Shown here: positions 42,801 through 52,169 of the stretch, in pieces
Numbering within the stretch: position 1 is the stretch's first letter
Layout of the letters: each line of letters starts with the position of its first letter
Source of the DNA: an uncultured bacterium
GTDB lineage: Bacteria; Fidelibacterota; Marinisomatia; Marinisomatales; UBA1611
DNA length: 64,000 bases
NCBI GenBank assembly: GCA_943788175.1
Contig: CALSPG010000005.1
Coordinates: 1-64,000, forward strand
Reading direction: 5' to 3'
The notes under the pieces: generated by a model
What the model was told of the DNA's origin: nothing
The model's database searches: none
What the model saw: the letters and a program-made list of their open reading frames with translations, nothing else
Translations under genes and position numbers: made by a program

Positions 42801-43727
42801 CAACAAGGCTGGGGTCTAACTGCGAAAGCGACTGATACTTACGGAAGTGGTTTAACATCTGTTGATTATCTGCAACGCGATATTGAAGTTAGGTGGGTTG
42901 GTGAATTTGTTGATGAGCCAACAACAACCGCTGCCGGTGTTGTCTATTATGGGGCTGATACTAATTTGCCTCATTCTTATGTTTGGTTAGATGGGTCAAG
43001 AGTAGGTGCTTTAACAGATCATCCTGATGCTGGAAACCCTGGAGATGGAACGCCATTTAGAGTAGCGGTTCCTTTCGAAGTGTGGGACATAGAACATCCA
43101 GATGGTCCACAACAAATTGATATGTTCATCTATGATAGGTTACAAAGTTATGGCGCTGGTGATACTGTGTACGTATTTAACCCATTTGATCGTATGTATA
43201 CTCATTTTCTTCAACATGCATATCAAGAAGATGGTCAATACGTTGATGGTCCAACCGGACTGCCTGCCGATTGGTTAACATGGAACGTTGTTTGGTGGGA
43301 CGCGCAATTTAACCAAGGTGATGTGGTTAAATTTAAATATGCTAACCCTATCCAAGCAGGTGTTGATGAATTTAGTTTTACCACAAAAGCAAGCATGACT
43401 GCAGCTTCAAATGATGTATCTGAAGTAAGTGTATATCCAAACCCTTACTATGGAACACATGAATTAGAAGGAAGCCGTGCTGAAAAATATGTTTCTTTCA
43501 ATCATTTACCGGTTGAAGCAAAGATTGATATTTACTCTCTTGGTGGGGTATTTGTAAGAAGCATAGATAAAAGTGACGCAACACAATTTGCTCAATGGGA
43601 CTTAAAGAACCAGTATGGTTATCCTGTTGCAAGTGGAATGTATGTAGCGCGAATTAAATCAGGTGGTGAAGAAAAAATCTTAAAGATAGCTCTTGTGCAA
43701 GAAACACAAGTCTTGAAATACTATTAA
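39816..43727 (+). CDS. Large acidic exported protein (1303 aa) with T9SS-type C-terminal sorting domain
   Basis: Signal peptide, FN3-like NGITYHFAVTAY. C-terminal VYPNPYY...FNHLP...IYSLGGVFVR...WDLKN...VASGMY...KILKIA. Confidence 0.85.
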   Translation: MKKKNLKLIVACSMFLVSGLFAKELVPSNTSTKSTMRVMENQSPGISVLNINNMAYWIGKDGAYTTAGSPNGTMADYPIFTGGFIYADGMLWGAKVKGDGLGDEVRVGGSTYNHGMKAGRIITDASGNVLGSDDPANNHVWRVRTDWATADLSVDAANYYGVAVSDVTPAQIAVVKGQYEYDWMNWPAAWGAPYKDVDGVDGYNNATDIPGYPGADQTMWTVANDVPLIVNEAGDSTGFLSTAPNLYGSDPIGIELQITMWGYAFGASDPLGNNIFKEAKMKYMGLPALDSTQVGVSGFTGTSDGAILDSLYFTQWSDPDLGTYTDDYVGSDVDLSFGYVYNGNRLDGVFNGIFNLPVPAGGYDFLQGPADNMDLDGDGDSTEFLGMTSFAYFGAGSAIDDPDLSSYEGTLQWFNLMEGFLPRPAYPTQIPFSDPSTGLETKYALSGDPTSGAGWIDGVQLPPGDRRMVMNTGPFQLKVGEEATVVLGIAGGMGLDNVSSVSVAKFHDQYGQYAYDQGFNLPSAPSSPSVSIIEMDGMVGLDWGSSATSVSSTEESISAGFEFEGYVVYQLPSASSPLSEAVKVATYDKVNLIQNILDPSIDPTTGLVVDAPKQTGTDIGVQRFFETDYDEVRGRPMSNGITYHFAVTAYSYLSDNDGSPFKTLESGETRVAVTPRTANPGETVYSEMSSDIEVTHNGTANASVGVTVLNPSALKDGSYKVSFDTQVFARDINGVWNKVVSRSAASVSDATDCGASTITATAYASSIVGTIDLVLDFTLSCADGAWIDGIQMTFPTGFAANVNTTAVTGVGNICSYGAGSGQDCENSDGSWTGDVLLYGHDKRTGFGAFESSNTFTVNYTPSNSATWDLPLDIGYVIYDDHYTDVNSDGTGTATASSQNYEEKTEYHWNLSTASGTVLLEDQTFLGGADLYGGSSVGGNSSLHYNTAAAVTIDGFQVNVEGGYDSPTDFFGYDIARDAANAALYGESIWDMTSYMQQGWGLTAKATDTYGSGLTSVDYLQRDIEVRWVGEFVDEPTTTAAGVVYYGADTNLPHSYVWLDGSRVGALTDHPDAGNPGDGTPFRVAVPFEVWDIEHPDGPQQIDMFIYDRLQSYGAGDTVYVFNPFDRMYTHFLQHAYQEDGQYVDGPTGLPADWLTWNVVWWDAQFNQGDVVKFKYANPIQAGVDEFSFTTKASMTAASNDVSEVSVYPNPYYGTHELEGSRAEKYVSFNHLPVEAKIDIYSLGGVFVRSIDKSDATQFAQWDLKNQYGYPVASGMYVARIKSGGEEKILKIALVQETQVLKYY

Positions 43728-43750
43728 ACACCATTTAAACGGAGAGAAAA

Positions 43751-44779
43751 ATGAAAAAATATATAATTACAAGTATAATAATTATAGCAATTAGCTCCTT
43801 AGGTTTAGGACAGAATTCTAGAATGGGTTCTGCTTCTTCCACGCAGTTACTTGTTGTCCCTAGTGCTAAGCACCTATCTGGTGGTGGCGCTGCTGCAACA
43901 GCTACCGGAATGGACGCTACATTTTGGAACCCTGCAGGGCTTGCCATGAGCGAAAATAGTATTGACGCTATTTTCTCTAATCGTCAGTACTTTGCAGATA
44001 TCGACAACAGCTTTTTTGGCATTGCTACTGATATAGGTGAGTACAAAATGGGTGTAACAGTTAGATCATTCAATATGGGTGATATTAATGAGACAACAGT
44101 CTTCTACCCAGATGGAACTGGACAGGTGTATACACCTAACTTTTCTATTCTTGGCGGAACTATTGCTAAAAAACTTTCAGACAACACTAGTGTTGGAATG
44201 AATGTCAATTACATTAGAGAGGGTTTTGGTCGAGTTAATGCTTCTGGTACAGCCTTTGACTTAGGAGTTCAATATAAGGGACTTCTCGGCAGAGAAAACT
44301 TAGATGTTGGTTTTACTCTAAAAAACTTTGGAAGTCCTGTTAAGTATGATGGCCCTGGACTAGGTGTTTTTGCAGAGCCTTCAGATGCAGATCGTCCAAG
44401 TGAATACTATAAACTTGACGCGGCGGCTTTTGATTTGCCTTTCACTTTTGATATGGCAGTTTCATACAAAGTTGCAGGTGCTGATGTAGGAGCTACTTAC
44501 ACTAGTAACTACTACTCAACTGATGAGTTAAAACTTTCTGTTGGGTATCAGATTGAAGGCCTCGGTTCTGTAGGAGTTGGTTTACAATCATCTGGTGCTG
44601 CTCAGGAAATAGATGATGCAGATGGTGATTGGTATACAAACCCATCTGATGGCGTTTCATTCGGTGCTTCAGTAGATATGTCTAGATTTGTTGGAATGAA
44701 TATGAGTGTAGATTACTCAATGCTTCCAATGGGTGATTTTGGTACTAATTCTGTATTAGCACTTAGAGTCGCTTTCTAG
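43751..44779 (+). CDS. PorV/PorQ (UPF0164, FadL-like) outer-membrane beta-barrel
   Basis: QLLVVPSAK...FWNPAGLA, AFDLGVQY, KNFG, terminal Phe. Confidence 0.85.
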   Translation: MKKYIITSIIIIAISSLGLGQNSRMGSASSTQLLVVPSAKHLSGGGAAATATGMDATFWNPAGLAMSENSIDAIFSNRQYFADIDNSFFGIATDIGEYKMGVTVRSFNMGDINETTVFYPDGTGQVYTPNFSILGGTIAKKLSDNTSVGMNVNYIREGFGRVNASGTAFDLGVQYKGLLGRENLDVGFTLKNFGSPVKYDGPGLGVFAEPSDADRPSEYYKLDAAAFDLPFTFDMAVSYKVAGADVGATYTSNYYSTDELKLSVGYQIEGLGSVGVGLQSSGAAQEIDDADGDWYTNPSDGVSFGASVDMSRFVGMNMSVDYSMLPMGDFGTNSVLALRVAF

Positions 44780-44805
44780 TAAATCTAAACTATATTTAGT
44801 TTTTT

Positions 44806-44834
44806 AAAAGGGCAGATTTTTCTGCCCTTTTTTT
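44806..44834 (+). terminator. Intrinsic terminator closing the receptor triad
   Basis: AAAAGGGCAGA-TTTT-TCTGCCCTTTTTTT. Confidence 0.88.
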
Positions 44835-46301
44835 ATGCAAAAATTTATAGTCCATATCTTATTCATTTTTCTTTTGCCATCAGCTTTATTTGGTGAGGGG
44901 TTTCCTGGTTTAGTTCTCTTTTCACAAAGCCAAGGACAAGGACCTTCAAAGACTATTTTGTTAAATAACTTAGAACAAAAAGTTAAAATATGGAACCACG
45001 CTGAAAGTGCAATTGGGGTTCCGCATCTAAATACTGATGGGTCAATTATTTTACAATTAAAATCATCTGATCACTATTTCGGAAATACACGTGGACCGAT
45101 TGGAGGGGTATTTAAAAAATTAGATTATAGTGGCGATATTAAATGGAGTTTTGATTTTTATAATGAAAATTACCACCCTCATCATGATTTTGAAATATTA
45201 CCAAATGGTAATATTTTAACCATTGGTTGGGAAAAAAAATCTTTTTCTGAAGGAATAAATGCGGGAAGAATAAATATAGAAAATGAAATTTGGCCTTTAG
45301 TCATTCACGAAATTGAACCGTCAATTGAAGGGGATATTGAAATAATATGGAAATGGCATTTATGGGATCATCTTATACAAGATCACGATTCATCTTTAAA
45401 TAATTATGGTATTATCAAAAATCATCCAGAGTTAATAAATATAAATATCGGAGAGTTTACTAATTTAAGTGATGGTGATTGGCTTCATACAAATGCAATC
45501 GCATATAATGAACAACTTGATCAAATTATCATTTCGTCTAGACACTTAAGTGAAATATTTATTATTGATCATAGTACGACAATAGAACAGGCTAGTGAGC
45601 ATACTGGAGGCAATAGTAATAAAGGCGGCGATATATTATATAGATGGGGTAATCCAATTAATTATGGTAGAGGAACTATTGATGATCAAAAATTAAATGC
45701 ACAGCACGGTGCACATTGGATACCTCAATATTTCCCTGGAAGTGGAAATATAATTATATTCAATAATAACCCCTCTGATGCAACCGGTACAAACAATCAG
45801 TTTGGAAACTCTAGCGTAGTTGAATTAGTACCACCCATTGATGTTGGAGGTAATTATATTATTAGTGATAGTTTAGCATTTGGCCCTATTGACTATGAAT
45901 GGGAATACGGCGGTGATAATACTTTTTTTTCACATTTTCAATCTGGGGCATACAGACTATTGAATGGTAATACAATAGTAACATCTACACAGGAAAAGAA
46001 TATTTTTGAAATTGATAGTTTAGGAAATAAAGTATGGGAATACGATTTAGAGTTAAGTGATACTCATCCTGGATATACAGCAAGAGCAAAAAAATATGGC
46101 ATTGATTATTTAAATAATATAATGGGCGATATCTATATTGATAATCAAATAAATATCTATGATTTATTAATGATGCTAGAAATATTTATCTTGGATGAGT
46201 ATTTACAAAAAATAGATTTTAATAATGACAGTCAAATCGATCAGACTGATATTGACTATATGATAGGTAGAATGCTGAATCCTTTAATGGAGCTTAATTA
46301 G
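44835..46301 (+). CDS. Aryl-sulfate sulfotransferase-like beta-propeller with C-terminal dockerin-like domain
   Basis: HHDFEILPNGN, DWLHTNAI, ISSRH, LYRWGNP, QHGAHWI. Tail GDIYIDNQINIYDL...DFNNDSQIDQTD. Confidence 0.85.
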   Translation: MQKFIVHILFIFLLPSALFGEGFPGLVLFSQSQGQGPSKTILLNNLEQKVKIWNHAESAIGVPHLNTDGSIILQLKSSDHYFGNTRGPIGGVFKKLDYSGDIKWSFDFYNENYHPHHDFEILPNGNILTIGWEKKSFSEGINAGRINIENEIWPLVIHEIEPSIEGDIEIIWKWHLWDHLIQDHDSSLNNYGIIKNHPELININIGEFTNLSDGDWLHTNAIAYNEQLDQIIISSRHLSEIFIIDHSTTIEQASEHTGGNSNKGGDILYRWGNPINYGRGTIDDQKLNAQHGAHWIPQYFPGSGNIIIFNNNPSDATGTNNQFGNSSVVELVPPIDVGGNYIISDSLAFGPIDYEWEYGGDNTFFSHFQSGAYRLLNGNTIVTSTQEKNIFEIDSLGNKVWEYDLELSDTHPGYTARAKKYGIDYLNNIMGDIYIDNQINIYDLLMMLEIFILDEYLQKIDFNNDSQIDQTDIDYMIGRMLNPLMELN

Positions 46302-47025
46302 CACTAAAGATGCCTTTGAGCATACTATATAACTCTTCATACGGTAAATCTTTCCCAAGATATATTTCTTCAGAGTCTTTTTGCAGAATCATTTCCCAAT
46401 GCAAATGAGCATCCCGTCTAGTTCCGAGTGTAGATGGTTTCGTACCGGAATTACCAGTTTTACCAATAAACTGTCCAGCTTCAACTTTTGCTCCACCTAT
46501 TATATTTTTATCAATATTTGACATATGTGCATAAATTGAAATTGTTCTAAATCCAGGAATAAGATCAAAACCGTGGTCTAAAAACACTGCTCTCCCCAAG
46601 AGTACGCTATTGAAAATATCTGATGGCGTATGGCCGACTGTCCCAGATGAGCGTAGCATTTTAACTCTGAAATCTGCAGGGTATTCTTTATAATTATGGT
46701 CTGCTCTAACCACCAAACCTGGTGCAACTGCTCTTATATCTGTGCCCCAATTTGCAAAAAAATCAATCCCTCTATGAGTTCCGTTTCTGTAGCTGCGAGG
46801 AGCATTGGGTAGCCTACTAGATTTTTTTGGAAGGTTAACATTTTTGCACGGGAGTAATAATTTCAAATCTTTTACCCATTCTTGGTTGAATGAATTTGAA
46901 GGAGCAATAACTTCATCTTTTTTTGTTATTTTACTCAGGATATGAATTGGGGATGAATTCGGATTTTCAAAGTTTTGACCAAATAATATATGAATACAAA
47001 GTAAAAAGATTAAACGCATAATCAT
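46294..47025 (-). CDS. M23 family metallopeptidase
   Basis: HRGID, YAHM, GNSG, HLHWE. Confidence 0.9.
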   Translation of the reverse strand: MIMRLIFLLCIHILFGQNFENPNSSPIHILSKITKKDEVIAPSNSFNQEWVKDLKLLLPCKNVNLPKKSSRLPNAPRSYRNGTHRGIDFFANWGTDIRAVAPGLVVRADHNYKEYPADFRVKMLRSSGTVGHTPSDIFNSVLLGRAVFLDHGFDLIPGFRTISIYAHMSNIDKNIIGGAKVEAGQFIGKTGNSGTKPSTLGTRRDAHLHWEMILQKDSEEIYLGKDLPYEELYSMLKGIFSAN

Positions 47026-47450
47026 TTTTTATTAGCTAAATGATCTATCGCTGATACTATTGCTTTTAAAGGTTCACCTGAAAAAGGTTTAATTTTATTC
47101 GAAACGAGAATTGAATCTTCTTGATTAGTGCCAAGGCTGTATGATTCATCAAAATAAACAGCAGCTGTTTCTAGCTCTGTTATATTAATTGTTTCGAAGA
47201 TTGTTTGATTATATTTAGCCCAAGAAGTGGGTATTATGACTAAGCCATCTGCTGAGTTTTTATTCCGTTGTATAAAATTAATTGCTAAGTATTCTTTATG
47301 TGTTTGTATGATTTTTAGTGTAATGCCTTTATCTCTAACGTGTTTACGTATTGCACGATTAACTTTATCTAAAGTCAGTCTTTTTTTGAGCTTAGAGGCC
47401 TTCAACCCGAGTAAGTTTAGGTTAGGTCCATGTAAAATTAAAATTGTCAT
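47022..47450 (-). CDS. Type II dehydroquinase-fold protein with degenerate active site
   Basis: ILILHGPNLNLLG start and DGLVIIP; catalytic motifs replaced. Confidence 0.75.
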   Translation of the reverse strand: MTILILHGPNLNLLGLKASKLKKRLTLDKVNRAIRKHVRDKGITLKIIQTHKEYLAINFIQRNKNSADGLVIIPTSWAKYNQTIFETINITELETAAVYFDESYSLGTNQEDSILVSNKIKPFSGEPLKAIVSAIDHLANKK

Positions 47451-47845
47451 TTATCTAGTGGGATTATGTTACCTAATATATATCCAATGATAATACCAAC
47501 CAATAGAGCTAATGTCACAGTTCTACTTTTTGATAGTTCATCCACATAACCTTTTTTAATTGCTACCGCAGAGACTAGCCAACCCATTGCATTTAAAAAG
47601 TAAAAAATAGGAATAGATATAACTTTTAATATGAATGGGCCAACAAATGGAATGATTGCAATTAATGATGTTATGCCCGAAAATATTTGGGTAAAAGTTC
47701 CTAATACTAATGTAAAAAGAATAATTATTCTTTGGTTGATACCAAATTGATTCCCATAAAAAAGGGCAAGGTATAAGCATATAAAAAGAATGGACCATAA
47801 AAAGATTTTCCATTTTAATTTAGATATGATTTTTAAAGTACTCAT
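47447..47845 (-). CDS. Hypothetical membrane protein
   Basis: 132-aa hydrophobic ORF in an operon with overlapping neighbours. Confidence 0.75.
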   Translation of the reverse strand: MSTLKIISKLKWKIFLWSILFICLYLALFYGNQFGINQRIIILFTLVLGTFTQIFSGITSLIAIIPFVGPFILKVISIPIFYFLNAMGWLVSAVAIKKGYVDELSKSRTVTLALLVGIIIGYILGNIIPLDK

Positions 47846-47853
47846 TACCTAAG

Positions 47854-48942
47854 CTACTGTTTCCATTTAAACTTTCCAATTAATCCTCCAAGAGCAACGA
47901 TGGGAATGTAAAAAGGTTGTGTTAGGTTCCAGATAAAATAAGACTTTGCTGATATCCTTGTTAGAAAAGTTTTTCCTCCGATATAAAGAACAAGTGCTTC
48001 AAGGAAAAACTTTATAAGGAACAATATTATTGAAATATCTAAAAAAAGTATCATAGCTATTAAGATATTTAAGTTTGCTAAAAAAGCTGAAGCTAAGAAG
48101 CAGAAAAATAATGGACTCGTAAATATTGTAAACCTTGAATTCGATGACCAGCGTATTCTCTGATTAATATAGCCCGATAGTGTTTGTTTTGGCAAAGTTG
48201 ATACAAAGCTGTTCTTATCGTAGTTAAACGCAGCGCCTTTTATTTTAGAAATAGACTGCACAATGTACATATCATCACCTGATTCTTTATTTTTGACTGG
48301 CTTAAACCCTCCTATTTTATAAAAATCTTCTTTTTTATATCCAAGGTTTTGCCCAGAACCAGAACAGACGATACCATTTGTTAATAAGCCACCGTTCGCA
48401 GCCATTATACCTAAGAAGTCTATTTTTTGTATTTCATTAATCAGGTTGTTTTCACTTTTTATTTTTGAATATCCAATAATTACTTTGTCTTCTTTAATTA
48501 CAAGTTTTGCCATTGAAGCAACCCAAGTTTTAGGTACTCTACAGTCCGCGTCTGTAGCTAAAATAATTTCTCCACTCGATTCATCTATTGCTTTTTCTAA
48601 AGCATATTTTTTTGTGGCCATATCATATTTTTTACTAATGTGAATTGCTTTTATAAAAGAGTTTTTCTTAGCATAGCTATCAATTATATTTTTTGTATCG
48701 TCTTCAGACCTATCATTTGAAACTATTACTTCAAAATTGTTTTTATTTATATTTTGCTTTAATAGGTCCTCTAATAAATTTGAAATGTTTGCTTCTTCAT
48801 TCCGTGCTGCAATTACTACTGAAACAAATGGCAAATTTGAACTGATATCAGTCGGTTGTTTTATTCTAAAAAGTAATCCGGAAATAATGATGACAATAAA
48901 ACAAAAATATGGGCTAGACCCAACTAATAGAAATAAATCCAT
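47854..48942 (-). CDS. Glycosyltransferase family 2, membrane-bound
   Basis: VSVVIAARNEE, TDAD, SGDD, QRIRW. Confidence 0.92.
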   Translation of the reverse strand: MDLFLLVGSSPYFCFIVIIISGLLFRIKQPTDISSNLPFVSVVIAARNEEANISNLLEDLLKQNINKNNFEVIVSNDRSEDDTKNIIDSYAKKNSFIKAIHISKKYDMATKKYALEKAIDESSGEIILATDADCRVPKTWVASMAKLVIKEDKVIIGYSKIKSENNLINEIQKIDFLGIMAANGGLLTNGIVCSGSGQNLGYKKEDFYKIGGFKPVKNKESGDDMYIVQSISKIKGAAFNYDKNSFVSTLPKQTLSGYINQRIRWSSNSRFTIFTSPLFFCFLASAFLANLNILIAMILFLDISIILFLIKFFLEALVLYIGGKTFLTRISAKSYFIWNLTQPFYIPIVALGGLIGKFKWKQ

Positions 48943-48943
48943 A

Positions 48944-50314
48944 CTATATTGATAGAAAAAATCCTGCAATCATAAAATAGAAAAGAACACCTAAGATATC
49001 TATACTAGTTGTAACAAAAGGCCCTGTAGCGACAGCAGGGTCTATATCAAGTTTTCTTAGTATTAATGGAATTACAGTGCCGACTGTTGCAGCTACAATC
49101 ATCGACACACATATGCTCAGTCCTACTACATACCCAAGGTTGTCAGGTGCTCCAGGAAATGTATACCTTGCAAAAACTCCAAGTAATACGCCGTAAAGTA
49201 TTCCAAGCATAACACCGACTTGAACTTCTTTTAAAATCAACTTTATTTCTCCACCTTCATTAACTCTACCAGTAGCCATTCCTCTCACTATGATGGTAGA
49301 AGATTGTGTGGCTATATTTCCACCCATACCTAAAATAACAGGAATAAACGCAGCAAGGGCTATAATGTTTTCTAACATGTTTTCAAAAATCCCAATTAGT
49401 GAAGCGGCGATTACCCCACCAACCCAACTAGCGAATAACCAAGGGAGTCTTGCTTTTGCATTCTCCCAGCTTGATTTAAGAAGGATTTCTCTATCTTTAC
49501 CTGCACCAGCCATTTGTAAAAAATCCTCTGTTGCCTCTTCTCTAATTACGTCTACCACATCATCAACTGTAACAATGCCTAGTAATTTTGAATCAGAGTC
49601 TAATACTGGAACTGCCAAAAAATTATATTGTGCTACAATTCTAGCTACATCCTCCTGATCAGTTTCAGGTCTTATTGAATGAACATTTTTTATCATTATA
49701 TCTTTTAGATTTGTAGAAGAGGGGGTTGTAGTTAAGGCTCGTAAAGAAATAACCCCAACCAGCCTATCATCATTATCTGTAATGTATAGATAGAATACCA
49801 TTTCTGCATTTTCTTGATCTTGTAAGGTCTTTATAGCGTCACCAGCAGTAATACTTTCATGTAGTGTAAACACCTCAGTATTCATCAATGAGCCAGCACT
49901 GTCATCAGGATAACCCATTATTTCAGCTATGCCTTCTTGCTCTTCCACATTAAGTAACTCTATGACAGATTGGGCTTTATCATCATCTAATACATTTAAT
50001 ATTCCACTTTGATCATTTGTAGGTGCTTTTTCAATGATTGAAGCAATCCGTTCAAAGCTTTCATCTTCTAATAAATCATTCACTAATGCATCGTCTAGCT
50101 CTGTTAAAAACTCTGAAGTGTGTACATTTTCTTTCATTAAAGAAAATATTTCAATTTGTTCCTCCTCTGAAAAGTGTCTAAAGACCACCGCTAGATCTGC
50201 AGGGTGAGTTTTTCCATTTAGTTTTATAAGGTTAGTTTTTGCCTTTCTTCTTAACAATCGTCGATAAGTATCTCTTAGAATATTTATTTCATGGTTAAAC
50301 ATTTCTTTTCTCAT
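48944..50314 (-). CDS. mgtE: Magnesium transporter MgtE
   Basis: CBS pair, RLPWL, GGNIATQ, DPAVATGPFVTT. Confidence 0.96.
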   Translation of the reverse strand: MRKEMFNHEINILRDTYRRLLRRKAKTNLIKLNGKTHPADLAVVFRHFSEEEQIEIFSLMKENVHTSEFLTELDDALVNDLLEDESFERIASIIEKAPTNDQSGILNVLDDDKAQSVIELLNVEEQEGIAEIMGYPDDSAGSLMNTEVFTLHESITAGDAIKTLQDQENAEMVFYLYITDNDDRLVGVISLRALTTTPSSTNLKDIMIKNVHSIRPETDQEDVARIVAQYNFLAVPVLDSDSKLLGIVTVDDVVDVIREEATEDFLQMAGAGKDREILLKSSWENAKARLPWLFASWVGGVIAASLIGIFENMLENIIALAAFIPVILGMGGNIATQSSTIIVRGMATGRVNEGGEIKLILKEVQVGVMLGILYGVLLGVFARYTFPGAPDNLGYVVGLSICVSMIVAATVGTVIPLILRKLDIDPAVATGPFVTTSIDILGVLFYFMIAGFFLSI

Positions 50315-50315
50315 A

Positions 50316-51107
50316 CTAAACCTTAATTAAATTAATTTCTTCAAGTCCCTTATAGATAAAATATGCACCCAAACATATAAAAAAAGGTGATACATTTTCA
50401 TTATATAGATATATACCAAGATCAGATTCTTCAAAAATAGTAAGCACAAAAGCGGCTCCATTATTCATACTGTGTAAAATAATGCTGGGTATTATAGATT
50501 GCGTTTTCCAAGATAAGAAACCAAGAATGATGCCTAACATATATATTTGAATAGTCCAAAAAGGGTTAAAGTGAATCATTGCAAATAATAGGCTAGTAAC
50601 CAGCACGGCTCTAGTAATATCCTTCCAATGTTGTTCAAGAAATTTCTGTAAAAACCCACGAAAAACTATTTCTTCTCCTATTGGAGCCATAATTACAACA
50701 GCAAGAAACAAGAAAATATATCCAGCTGTGGAGTCAGGTTGCATAACTTGTCCTAAATCAATTATATAATCTGGAGTTGTTACGAGCCTATGAATAATCC
50801 GATCTAACGTATCAAAAATAATTAAAACACCTAGACTAAAAACTACAGAATATTTTAAGGTATTAATTGATATGCTATTTATCCGGAAGGCATTTAGAAT
50901 AGGTTTTTTCTTTATGTTTAAATAATAAATTGGGGGCAATATTATTATCCCCTGTCCAAAAAAAAATGATATATAAAGATATACTTTATTAACTTGATCG
51001 GGGGAAGACGCAAAAAGCCCCATGATGATTCCACCAACAAAAAATGCTGAAATAACGGATATTATGACAACGCCGACAACGCCGCCAACTCCTACTATAT
51101 TGTTCAT
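50316..51107 (-). CDS. CPBP (CAAX/Abi) intramembrane protease
   Basis: EEIVFRG, FAMIH, HSMNN. Confidence 0.92.
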   Translation of the reverse strand: MNNIVGVGGVVGVVIISVISAFFVGGIIMGLFASSPDQVNKVYLYISFFFGQGIIILPPIYYLNIKKKPILNAFRINSISINTLKYSVVFSLGVLIIFDTLDRIIHRLVTTPDYIIDLGQVMQPDSTAGYIFLFLAVVIMAPIGEEIVFRGFLQKFLEQHWKDITRAVLVTSLLFAMIHFNPFWTIQIYMLGIILGFLSWKTQSIIPSIILHSMNNGAAFVLTIFEESDLGIYLYNENVSPFFICLGAYFIYKGLEEINLIKV

Positions 51108-51273
51108 GATAAATTAGCTCCAGGTAATTGATTTTAACCGAATTTACGTTAATGGGGTTTTATAAAAAAAAGATGAATTTTATTAAAAAAAATAAAATTC
51201 AGGTTGTTTTGTCGACGAGAGTAGGCTATGTTAAATTAGTTATTTAATCATATAAAAATTAACCAGCACTAGT

Positions 51274-51305
51274 AAAGGGGCTTCTTTTATGAATGCCCCT
51301 TTTTT
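51274..51305. terminator. Intrinsic terminator hairpin
   Basis: AAAGGGGC...GCCCCTTTTTT at the end of the TrmH-family gene. Confidence 0.75.
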
Positions 51306-52071
51306 ATTTTTTTGATATGTCTTTCATTAATATTGATCCAGCTATTGCAACGTTTAATGATTCTCCGTATCCAACTCTTTTTATTGAAACGATTTTTTTA
51401 AATTTTTCTTTTAATGATTCATTAAACCCTACCGATTCTCCACCAAGGCAAAGTACTATTTTTTTATCATAATCAGATTTTTCAATACAATCTTCACCAT
51501 TTTGATCTGCCCCAAAAAGCTGATAATTATTTTTAATAAAGTCGTCAAAATTTAAATGTTGATGTATTTTTATATAGGCATGAGCTCCCATTGCTGATCT
51601 TACAACTTTTGTATTAAAAGGGTCTACGCACCCTGCTGATAAACCAATATTTTTAATATTGAACCAGGCAGCGGTTCTGAGAATTGTTCCAAGATTCCCA
51701 GGGTCTTTAATTTTATATAAGTAAAGCCACCTATCTGAATTGAAATCTTCTTTAATATTTATATCTATTTTACAGATACCAATTAATCCTGATGGCGTTT
51801 TAGTATCAGATATTGTTTTTAATAATTTGGGTTGAATAACAGTAAGGTCGATCTTTTTTTCATTACAAAGTTTAAGTAAATCTGTGTTCAGGCTAGCCTC
51901 AGAATCAGTAATTATTACTTGTTCTAATAATTCGCTATTTTGTAAATACTCTTTAAGTGCCCTCTTTCCTTCAATTAAAAATAAGTTCTCTTTTAATCTC
52001 CCTTTTTTTGTTTTTAAAGATTGAATTTGTTTTAATCTATTGGCACTGAGCATACATAGAATTTTATTCAA
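51304..52071 (-). CDS. TrmH/SpoU family RNA methyltransferase
   Basis: DPGNLGTILRTA, VRSAMGA, ESLNVA. Confidence 0.93.
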   Translation of the reverse strand: MNKILCMLSANRLKQIQSLKTKKGRLKENLFLIEGKRALKEYLQNSELLEQVIITDSEASLNTDLLKLCNEKKIDLTVIQPKLLKTISDTKTPSGLIGICKIDINIKEDFNSDRWLYLYKIKDPGNLGTILRTAAWFNIKNIGLSAGCVDPFNTKVVRSAMGAHAYIKIHQHLNFDDFIKNNYQLFGADQNGEDCIEKSDYDKKIVLCLGGESVGFNESLKEKFKKIVSIKRVGYGESLNVAIAGSILMKDISKK

Positions 52072-52169
52072 GTTACGTTCAAAAGAAAAAGAAAAAATCT
52101 GGCAAAGCTCTTGGCCATATCATCATAAGCCGGTAATTTTGTTTCAATAAATAGAATCACAATAATATA

